DNA from: Eledone cirrhosa
Lineage: Eukaryota
Assembly (NCBI GenBank): GCA_964016885.1
Contig: OZ024741.1
Coordinates: 3,038,001-3,102,000 of the forward strand
Direction: 5' to 3'
Length of the DNA: 64,000 nucleotides
Shown here: piece after piece, positions 52,301 to 63,400 of the stretch
Numbering within the stretch: position 1 is the stretch's first letter
Layout: every line of letters starts with the position of its first letter
The notes under the pieces: model-generated
What the model saw: the letters and a program-made list of their open reading frames with translations, nothing else
Database searches by the model: none
What the model was told of the DNA's origin: nothing
Made by a program: the position numbers and the translations under genes

Positions 52301-55070
52301 AGCTCTCCTCACACTTTCTTCTCTGAAGACCTTCTACTGTACAGCTCTCCTCACAGTTTCTTCTCTGAAGAGCTTCTACTGTTAAGCTCCCCTGACAGTT
52401 TATTCTCTGAAGATCTTCTACTGTCCAGCTCTCCTCACACTTTCTTCTCTGAAGACCTTCTGCTGTCCAGCTCTCCTCACATTTTCTTCTCTGAAGACCT
52501 TCTACTGTCCAGGTCTCCTCACAGTTTCTTCTCTGAAGTTCTACTAATGTCCAGCTCTCCTCACATTTTCTACTCTGAAGACCTTCTATTGTCCAGCTCT
52601 CCTCACAGATTCTTCTCTGAAGAGTTTCTACTGTCCAGCTCTCCTCACAGTTTCTTCTCTGAAGACCTTCCGCTGTCCAGCTCTCCTCACACTTTCTTCT
52701 CTGAAGACCTGCTGCTGTCCTGCTCTCCTCACAGTTTCTTCTTTGAAGATCTTCTACTGTCCAGCTCTCCTCACAGTTTCTTCTGTGAAGACATTCTACT
52801 GTCCAGCTCTCCTCATAATTTCTTCTCTGAAGACCTTCTGTTGTCCAGCTCTCCTCACAGTTTCTTCTCTGAAGACCTTTTACTGTCCAGCTCTCGTCAT
52901 CATTTCTTCTCTGCAGACCTTCTACTGTCCAGCTCTCCTCACACTTTCTTCTCTGAAGACCTTCTGTTGTCCAGCTCTCCTCACAGATTCTTCTCTGAAC
53001 GCCTTCTACTGTCCAGCTCTCCTCACAGTTTCTTCTCTGAAGACCTTCTACTGTCCAGCTCTCCTAACAGTTTCTTCTCTGAAGACCTTCTACTGTCCAG
53101 CTCTCCTCACACTTTCTTCTCTGAAGACCTTCTGTTGTCCAGCTCTCCTCACAGATTCTTCTCTGAACGCCTTCTACTGTCCAGCTCTCCTCACACTTTC
53201 TTCTCTGAAGATCTTCTACTGTCCAGCTCTCCTCACACTTTCTTCTCTGAAGACCTTCTGCTGTCCAGCTCTCCTCACATTTTCTTCTCTGAAGACCTTC
53301 TACTGTCCAGCTCTCCTCACAGTTTCTTCTCTGAAGTTCTACTACTGTCCAGCTCTCCTCACATTTTCTGCTCTGAAGACCTTCTGTTGTCCAGCTCTCC
53401 TCACAGATTCTTCTCTGAAGACATTCTACTGTCCAGCTCTCCTCATAATTTCTTCTCTGAAGACCTTCTGCTGTCCAGCTCTCCTCACAGTTTCTTCTCT
53501 GAAGACCTTCTACTGTCCAGCTCACCTCACAGTTTCTTCTCTGAAGATCTGCTGCTGTCCAGCTCTCCTCACAGTTTCTTCTTTGAAGATCTTCTACTGT
53601 CCAGCTCACCTCACAGTTTCTTCTCTGAAGACCTGCTGCTGTCCAGCTCACCTCACAGTTTCTTCTTTGAAGATCTTCTACAGTCCAGCTCTCCTCACAG
53701 TTTCTTTTGTGAAGACATTCTACTGTCCAGCTCTCCTCATAATTTATTCTCTGAAGACCTTCTGCTGTCCAGCTCTCCTCACAGTTTCTTCTCTGAAGAC
53801 CTTCTACTGTCTAGTTCTCCGGACAGTTTCTTCTCTGAAGACCTTCTACTCTCCAGCTCTTGTCACACTTTCTTCTCTGAAGACCTTCTACTGTCCAGCT
53901 CTCCTCATGATTTCTTCTCTGAAGACCTTCTACTGTCCAGCTCTCCTCACAGTTTCTTCTGTGAAGACATTCTACTGTCCAGCTCTCCTCATAATTTCTT
54001 CTCTGAAGACCTACTGCTGTCCAGCTCTCCTCACACTTTCTTCTTTGAAAACCATCTACTGTCCAGCTCTCCTCACAGTTTCTTCTCTGAAGACCTACTG
54101 TCCAGCTCTCCTCACAGTTTCTTCTCTGATGTTTTACTCCTGTCCAGCTCTCCTCATAGTTTCTTCTCTGAAGACCTTCTACTGTCCAGCTCTCCTCACA
54201 GTTTCTTCTCTGAAGAGCTTCTACTGTTCAGCTCCCCTGACAGTTTATTCTCTGAAGATCTTCTACTGTCCAGCTCTCCTCACAGTTTCTTCTCTGAAGA
54301 CCTTCTGTTGTCCAGCTCTCCTCACAGTTTCTTCTCTGAAGACCTTCTACTGTCCAGCTCTCCTCACAGATTCTTCTCTGAAGTCTTTCTACTGTACAGC
54401 TCTCCTCACAGTTTCTTCTCTGAAGACCTTCTACTGTCCAGCTCCTCACAGTTTCTTCTCTGAAGACCTTCTACTGTCCAGTTCCTCTCACAGTTTCTTC
54501 TCTGAAGACCTTCTTCTGTCCTGCTCTCCTCACAGTTTCTTCTCTGAAGAACTTCTACTGTCCAGTTCCTCTCACAGTTTCATCTCTGAAGACCTTCTAC
54601 TGTCCAGCTCTCCTCACAGTTTCTTCTCTGAAGACCTTCTTCTGTCCAGCTCTCCTCACAGTTTCTTCTCTGAAGACATTCTACTGTCCAGCTCTCCTCG
54701 CTGTTTCTTCTCTGAAGAGCTTCTACTGTTCAGCTCCCCTCACAGTTTATTCTCTGAAGATTTTCTACTGTCCAGCTCTCCTCATGATTTCTTCTCTGAA
54801 GACCTTCTACTGTCCAGCTCTCCTCACAGTTTCTTCTCAGAAGAGATTCTACTGTCCAGCTCTCCTAACAGTTTCTTGTCTGAAGTTCTACTACTGTCCA
54901 GCTCTCCTCACAGTTTCTTCTCTGAAGTCCTTCTACTGTCCATCTCTCCTCAAAGTTTCTTGTCTGAAGACCTTCTGCTGTATAGCTCTCCTCACAGTTT
55001 CTTCTCTGAAGACTTACTCTCCAGCTCTCCTCATCATTTCTTCTCTGGAGACCTTCTACTGTCCAGCTCT
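46340..55070. repeat. Duplicated block, offset ~6.1-6.7 kb (~46340-48950 vs ~52990-55070)
   Basis: Minus ORFs 48152..48373 and 54228..54449 are offset by 6076. Shared variants gatgttttactcc, gaaaaccatc, ttcatctctg and ctctggagac. Confidence 0.85.
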
Positions 55071-58000
55071 CCTTACAGATTCTTCTCTAAAGTCCTTCTA
55101 CTGTCCAGCTCTCCTCACAGTTTCTTCTCTGAAGACCTTCTTCTGTCCAGCTCTCCTCACACTTTCTTCTCTGAAGACCTTCTACTGTACAGCTCTACTC
55201 ACAGTTTCTTCTCTGAAGATCTTCTTCTGTCCAGCTCTCTTCAATGTTTCTTCTTTGAAGCCCTTCTACTGTCCAGCTCTCCTCACAGTTCTTCTCTGAA
55301 GTTCTACTACTGTCCAGCTCTCCTCACAGTTTATTCTCTGAAGATCTTCTACTGTCCAGCTCTCCTCACAGTTTCTTCTCTGAAGACCTTCTACTGTCTT
55401 GCTCTCCTCGCAGTTTCTTCTCTGAAGAGCTTCTACTGTTCAGCTCTCCTCACAGTTTCTTCTCTGAAGACCTTCTACTGTCCAGCTCTCCTCATGATTT
55501 CTTCTCTGAAGACCTTCTACTGTCCAGCTGTCCTCACAGTTTCTTCTCAGAAGTCCTTCTACTGTCCATCTCTCCTCACAGTTTCTTGTCTGAAGACCTT
55601 CTGCTGTATAGCTCTCCTCACAGTTTCTTCTCTGAAGACCTACTCTCCAGCTCTCCTCATCATTTCTTCTCTGAAGACCTTCTACTGCCCAGCTCTCACA
55701 GTTTCTACTCTGAAGAGCTTCTACTGTTCAGCTCCCCTCACAGTTTATGCTCTGAAGAGCTACTGTCCAGCTCGCCTGGCAGTTTCTTCTCTGAAGAGCT
55801 TCCACTGTCCAGCTCTCCTGACAGTTTCTTTTCTGAACACGTTCTACTGTCCAACTCCCCTCACAGTTTCTTCTCTGAAGTTCTACTACTTTCCAGCTCT
55901 CCTCACAGTTTCTTCTCTGAAGACCTTCTACTGTCCAGCTCTCCTCACAGTTTCTTGTCTGAAGATATTCTGTTGTCCAGCTCTCCTCACAATTTCTTCT
56001 CTGTAGATTTTCTACTGTCCAGTTCTCCTCACACTTTCCTCTCTGAAGACCTTCTACTGTCCAGCTCTCCTCACAGATTCTTCTCTGAAGACCTTCTACT
56101 GTCCAGCTCTCCTCACAGTTTATTCTCTGAAGACCTACTGTCCAGCTCTCCTCACAGTTTCTTCTCTGAAGCCCTTCTACTGTCCAGCTCTCCTCACAGT
56201 TTCTTCTCTGAAGTTCTACTAATGTCCAGCTCTCCTCACATTTTCTACTCTGAAGACCTTCTGTTGTCCAGCTCTCCTCACAGATTCTTCTCTGAAGAGA
56301 TTCTACTGTCCAGCTCTCCTCACAGTTTCTTCTGTGAAGACATTCTACTGTCTAGCTCTCCTCATAATTTATTCTCTGAAGACCTTCTGCTGTCCAGCTC
56401 TCCTCACAATTTCTTCTCTGAAGACCTTCTACTGTCTAGTTCTCCGGACAGTTTCTTCTCTGAAGACCTTCTACTCTCCAGCTCTTGTCACACTTTCTTC
56501 TCTGAAGACCTTCTACTGTCCAGCTCTCCTCATGATTTCTTCTCTGAAGACCTTCTACTGTCCAGCTCTCCTCACAGTTTCTTCTGTGAAGACATTCTAC
56601 TGTCCAGCTCTCCTCATAATTTCTTCTCTGAAGACCTGCTGCTATCCAGCTCTCCTCACACTTTCTTCTTTGAAAACCATCTACTGTCCAGCTCTCCTCA
56701 CAGTTTCTTCTCTGAAGACCTACTGTCCAGCTCTCCTCACAGTTTCTTCTCTGATGTTCTACTCCTGTCCAGCTCTCCTCATAGTTTCTTCTCTGAAGAC
56801 CTTCTACTGTCCAGCTCTCCTAACAGTTTCTTCTCTGAAGAGCTTCTACTGTTCAGCTCCCCTGACAGTTTATTCTCTGAAGATCTTCTACTGTCCAGCT
56901 CTCCTCACAGTTTCTTCTCTGAAGACCTTCTGTTGTCCAGCTATCCTCACAGTTTCTTCTCTGAAGACCTTCTACTGTCCAGCTTTCTTCATCATTTCTT
57001 CTCTGAAGACCTTCTACTGTCCAGCTCTCCTCACAGATTCTTCTCTGAAGTCTTTCTACTGTACAGCTCTCCTCACAGTTTCTTCTCTGAAGACCTTCTA
57101 CTGTCCAGCTCCTCACAGTTTCTTCTCTGAAGACCTTCTACTGTCCAGTTCCTCTCACAGTTTCTTCTCTGAAGACCTTCTTCTGTCCTGCTCTCCTCAC
57201 AGTTTCTTCTCTGAAGAACTTCTACTGTCCAGTTCCTCTCACAGTTTCATCTCTGAAGACCTTCTACTGTCCAGCTCTCCTCACAGTTTCTTCTCTGAAG
57301 ACCTTCTTCTGTCCAGCTCTCCTCACAGTTTCTTCTCTGAAGAGCTTCTACTGTTCAGCTCCCCTCACAGTTTATTCTCTGAAGATCTTCTACTGTCCAG
57401 CTCTCCTCATGATTTCTTCTCTGAAGACCTTCTACTGTCCAGCTCTCCTCACAGTTTCTTCTCAGAAGAGATTCTACTGTCCAGCTCTCCTAACAGTTTC
57501 TTGTCTGAGTTTCTACTACTGTCCATCTCTCCTCACAGTTTCTTGTCTGAAGACCTTCTGCTGTATAGCTCTCCTCACAGTTTCTTCTCTGAAGACCTAC
57601 TCTCCAGCTCTCCTCATCATTTCTTCTCTGAAGACCTTCTACTGCCCAGCTCTCACAGTTTCTACTCTAAAGAGCTTCTACTGTTCAGCTCCCCTCACAG
57701 TTTATGCTCTGAAGAGCTACTGTCCAGCTCGCCTGGCAGTTTCTTCTCTGAAGAGCTTCCACTGTCCAGCTCTCCTGACAGTTTCTTTTCTGAACACGTT
57801 CTACTGTCCAACTCCCCTCACAGTTTCTTCTCTGAAGTTCTACTACTTTCCAGCTCTCCTCACAGTTTCTTCTCTGAAGACCTTCTACTGTCCAGCTCTC
57901 CTCACAGTTTCTTGTCTGAAGATATTCTGTTGTCCAGCTCTCCTCACAATTTCTTCTCTGTAGATTTTCTACTGTCCAGTTCCCCTCACACTTTCTTCTC

Positions 58001-60400
58001 TGAAGACCTTCTACTGTCCAGCTCTCCTCACAGATTCTTCTCTGAAGACCTTCTACTGTCCAGCTCTCCTCACAGTTTCTTCTCTGAAGACCTTCTACTG
58101 TCCAGCTCTCCTCACAGTTTCTTCTCTGAAGTTCTACTAATGTCCAGCTCTCCTCACATTTTCTACTCTGAAGACCTTCTGTTGTCCAGCTCTCCTCACA
58201 GATTCTTCTCTGAAGAAATTCTACTGTCCAGCTCTCCTCACAGTTTCTTCTCTGAAGACTTTCTGCTGTCCAGCTCTCCTCACAGTTTCTTTTCTGAAGA
58301 TCTTCTACTGTCCAGCTCTCCTCACAGTTTCTTCTGTGAAGACATTCTACTGTCTAGCTCTCCTCATAATTTATTCTCTGAAGACCTTCTGCTGTCCAGC
58401 TCTCCTCACAGTTTCTTCTCTGAAGACCTTCTACTGTCTAGTTCTCCGGACAGTTTCTTCTCTGAAGACCTTCTACTCTCCAGCTCTTGTCACACTTTCT
58501 TCTCTGAAGACCTTCTACTGTCCAGCTCTCCTCATGATTTCTTCTCTGAAGACCTTCTACTGTCCAGCTCTCCTCACAGTTTCTTCTGTGAAGACATTCT
58601 ACTGTCCAGCTCTCCTCATAATTTCTTCTCTGAAGACCTGCTGCTGTCCAGCTCTCCTCACACTTTCTTCTTTGAAAACCATCTACTGTCCAGCTCTCCT
58701 CACAGTTTCTTCTCTGAAGACCTACTGTCCAGCTCTCCTCACAGTTTCTTCTCTGATGTTCTACTCCTGTCCAGCTCTCCTCATAGTTTCTTCTCTGAAG
58801 ACCTTCTACTGTCCAGCCCTCCTAACAGTTTCTTCTCTGAAGAGCTTCTACTGTTCAGCTCTCCTCACAGTTTCTTCTCTGAAGACCTTCTACTGTCCAG
58901 CTCTCCTCATGATTTCTTCTCTGAAGACCTTCTACTGTCCAGCTCTCCTCACAGTTTCTTCTCAGAAGTCCTTCTACTGTCCATCTCTCCTCACAGTTTC
59001 TTGTCTGAAGACCTTCTGCTGTATAGCTCTCCTCACAGTTTCTTCTCTGAAGACCTACTCTCCAGCTCTCCTCATCATTTCTTCTCTGAAGACCTTCTAC
59101 TGCCCAGCTCTCACAGTTTCTACTCTGAAGAGCTTCTACTGTTCAGCTCCCCTCACAGTTTATGCTCTGAAGACCTTCTACTGTCCAGCTCTCCTCACAG
59201 ATTCTTCTCTGAAGACCTTCTACTGTCCAGCTCTCCTCACAGTTTCTTCTCTGAAGACCTTCTACTGTCCAGCTCTCCTCACAGTTTCTTCTCTGAAGTT
59301 CTACTAATGTCCAGCTCTCCTCACATTTTCTACTCTGAAGACCTTCTGTTGTCCAGCTCTCCTCACAGATTCTTCTCTGAAGAAATTCTACTGTCCAGCT
59401 CTCCTCACAGTTTCTTCTCTGAAGACTTTCTGCTGTCCAGCTCTCCTCACAGTTTCTTTTCTGAAGATCTTCTACTGTCCAGCTCTCCTCACAGTTTCTT
59501 CTGTGAAGACATTCTACTGTCTAGCTCTCCTCATAATTTATTCTCTGAAGACCTTCTGCTGTCCAGCTCTCCTCACAGTTTCTTCTCTGAAGACCTTCTA
59601 CTGTCTAGTTCTCCGGACAGTTTCTTCTCTGAAGACCTTCTACTCTCCAGCTCTTGTCACACTTTCTTCTCTGAAGACCTTCTACTGTCCAGCTCTCCTC
59701 ATGATTTCTTCTCTGAAGACCTTCTACTGTCCAGCTCTCCTCACAGTTTCTTCTGTGAAGACATTCTACTGTCCAGCTCTCCTCATAATTTCTTCTCTGA
59801 AGACCTGCTGCTGTCCAGCTCTCCTCACACTTTCTTCTTTGAAAACCATCTACTGTCCAGCTCTCCTCACAGTTTCCTCTCTGAAGACCTACTGTCCAGC
59901 TCTCCTCACAGTTTCTTCTCTGATGTTCTACTCCTGTCCAGCTCTCCTCATAGTTTCTTCTCTGAAGACCTTCTACTGTCCAGCCCTCCTAACAGTTTCT
60001 TCTCTGAAGAGCTTCTACTGTTCAGCTCTCCTCACAGTTTCTTCTCTGAAGACCTTCTACTGTCCAGCTCTCCTCATGATTTCTTCTCTGAAGACCTTCT
60101 ACTGTCCAGCTCTCCTCACAGTTTCTTCTCAGAAGTCCTTCTACTGTCCATCTCTCCTCACAGTTTCTTGTCTGAAGACCTTCTGCTGTATAGCTCTCCT
60201 CACAGTTTCTTCTCTGAAGACCTACTCTCCAGCTCTCCTCATCATTTCTTCTCTGAAGACCTTCTACTGCCCAGCTCTCACAGTTTCTACTCTGAAGAGC
60301 TTCTACTGTTCAGCTCCCCTCACAGTTTATGCTCTGAAGACCTTCTACTGTCCAGCTCTCCTCACAGATTCTTCTCTGAAGACCTTCTACTGTCCAGCTC
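58001..60400. repeat. Near-perfect tandem duplication, period 1167 bp (28 monomers, three of 39 bp)
   Basis: ORFs 58336 and 59503 are identical over ~300 aa. 1167 = 28x42-9. Private variants gaagaaatt and cagccctcctaac occur in both copies. Confidence 0.93.
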
Positions 60401-63400
60401 TCCTCACATTTTCTTCTCTGAAGACCTTCTACTGTCCAGCTCTCCTCACAGTTTCTTCTCTGAAGCCCTTCTACTGTCCAGCTCTCCTCACAGTTTCTTT
60501 TCTGAAGACCTTCTACTGTCCAGTTCTCCTCACACTTTCTTCTTTGAAGACCTTCTACTGTCCAGCTCTCCTCACAGTCTATTCTCTGAAGACCTACTGT
60601 CCAGCTCTCCTCACAGTTTCTTCTCTGAAGCCCTTCTACTGTCCAGCTCTCCTCACAGTTTCTTCTCTGAAGTTCTACTAATGTCCAGCTCTCCTCACAT
60701 TTTCTACTCTGAAGACCTTCTGTTGTCCAGCTCTCCTCACAGATTCTTCTCTGAAGAGATTCTACTGTCCAGCTCTCCTCACAGTTTCTTCTCTGAAGAC
60801 CTTCTGCTGTCCAGCTCTCCTCACAGTTTCTTCTCTGAAGATCTTATACTGTCCAGCTCTCCTCACAGTTTCTTCTGTGAAGACATTCTACTGTCTAGCT
60901 CTCCTCATAATTTATTCTCTGAAGACCTTCTGCTGTCCAGATCTCCTCACAGTTTCTTCTCTGAAGACCTTCTACTGTCTAGTTCTCCGGACAGTTTCTT
61001 CTCTGAAGACCTTCTACTCTCCAGCTCTTGTCACACTTTCTTCTCTGAAGACCTTCTACTGTCCAGCTCTCCTCATGATTTCTTCTCTGAAGACCTTCTA
61101 CTGTCCAGCTCTCCTCACAGTTTCTTCTGTGAAGACATTCTACTGTCCAGCTCTCCTCATAATTTCTTCTCTGAAGACCTGCTGCTGTCCAGCTCTCCTC
61201 ACACTTTCTTCTTTGAAAACCATCTACTGTCCAGCTCTCCTCACAGTTTCTTCTATGAAGACCTACTGTCCAGCTCTCCTCACAGTTTCTTCTCTGATGT
61301 TCTACTCCTGTCCAGCTCTCCTCATAGTTTCTTCTCTGAAGACCTTCTACTGTCCAGCTCTCCTAACAGTTTCTTCTCTGAAGAGCTTCTACTGTTCAGC
61401 TCCCCTGACAGTTTATTCTCTGAAGATCTTCTACTGTCCAGCTCTCCTCACAGTTTCTTCTCTGAAGACCTTTTGTTGTCCAGCTCTCCTCACAGTTTCT
61501 TCTCTGAAGACCTTCTACTGTCCAGCTTTCTTCATCATTTCTTCTCTGAAGACCTTCTACTGTCCAGCTCTCCTCACAGATTCTTCTCTGAAGTCTTTCT
61601 ACTGTACAGCTCTCCTCACAGTTTCTTCTCTGAAGACCTTCTACTGTCCAGATCCTCACAGTTTCTTCTCTGAAGACCTTCTACTGTCCAGTTCCTCTCA
61701 CAGTTTCTTCTCTGAAGACCTTCTTCTGTCCTGCTCTCCTCACAGTTTCTTCTCTGAAGACCTTCTACTGTCCAGTTCCTCTCACAGTTTCTTCTCTGAA
61801 GACCTTCTACTGCCCAGCTCTCCTCACAGTTTCTACTCTGAAGAGCTTCTACTGTTCAGCTCCCCTCACAGTTTATTCTCTTACGAGCTACTGTCCAGCT
61901 CGCCTGGCAGTTTCTTCTCTGAAGAGCTTCCACTGTCCAGCTCTCCTGACAGTTTCTTTTCTGAACACGTTCTACTGTCCAACTCCTCTCACAGTTTCTT
62001 CTCTGAAGTTCTACTACTTTCCAGCTCTCCTCACAGTTTCTTCTCTGAAGACCTTCTACTGTCCAGCTCTCCTCACAGTTTCTTGTCTGAAGATATTCTG
62101 TTGTCCAGCTCTCCTCACAATTTCTTCTCTGTAGATTTTCTACTGTCCAGTTCTCCTCACACTTTCTTCTCTGAAGACCTTCTACTGTCCAGCTCTCCTC
62201 ACAGATTCTTCTCTGAAGACCTACTGTCCAGCTCTCCTCACAGTTTCTTTTCTGAAGGCCTTCTACTGTCCACTTCTCCTCAAACTTTCTTCTACGAAGA
62301 CCTTCTACTGTCCAGCTCTCCTCACAGTTTCTTCTCTGAAGACCTTCTACTGTCCAGCTCTCCTCTCAGTTTCTTCTCTGAAGATCTTCTTCTGTCCAGC
62401 ACTCCTCACACTTTCTTCTCTGAAGACCTTCTACTGTCCAGCTCTCCTCACAGATTCTTCTCTGAAGACCTTCTACTGTCCAGTTCTCCTCACAGTTTCT
62501 TCTCTGAAGACCTTCTACTGTCCAGCTCTCCTCACAGTTTCTTCTCTGAAGCCCTTCTACTGTCCAGCTCTCCTCACAGTTTCTTTTCTGAAGACCTTCT
62601 ACTGTCCAGTTCTCCTCACACTTTCTTCTTTTAAGACCTTCTACTGTCCAGCTCTGCTCACAGTTTATTCTCTGAAGACCTACTGTCCAGCTCTCCTCAC
62701 AGTTTCTTTTCTGAAGGCCTTCTACTGTCCACTTCTCCTCAAACTTTCTTCTACGAAGACCTTCTACTGTCCAGCTCTCCTCACAGTTTCTTCTCTGAAG
62801 ACCTTCTACTGTCCAGCTCTCCTCTCAGTTTCTTCTCTGAAGATCTTCTTCTGTCCAGCTCTCCTCAATGTTTCTTCTCTGAACACCTTCTAATGTCCAG
62901 CTCTCCTCACAGTTTCTTCTCTGAAGACCTTCTTCTGACCAGCTCTCGTCACAGTTTCTTCTCTGAAGACCTTCTATTGTCCAGCTCGTCTCACAGTTTC
63001 TTCTCTTAAGAGCTTCTACTGTTCAGCTCCCCTCACAGTTTATTCTCTGTAGATCTTCTACTGTCCAGCTCGCCTGGCAGTTTCTTCTCTGAAGAGCTTC
63101 CACTGTCCAGCTCTCCTGACAGTTTCTTCTCTGAACACCTTCTACTGTCCAGCTCCTCTCACAGTTTCTTCTCTGAACTTCTACTACTGTCCAGCTCTCC
63201 TCACAGTTTATTCTCTGAAGACATTCTACTGTCCAGCTCTCCTCACAGTTTCTTCTCTGAAGACCTTCTGTTGTCCAGCTCTCCTCACAGATTCTTCTCT
63301 GAAGACCTTCTACTCTCCAGCTCTCTTCATCATTTCTTCTCTGAAGACCTTCTACTGTCCAGCTCTCCTCACAGTTTCTTCTCTGAAGATTTTCTACTGT

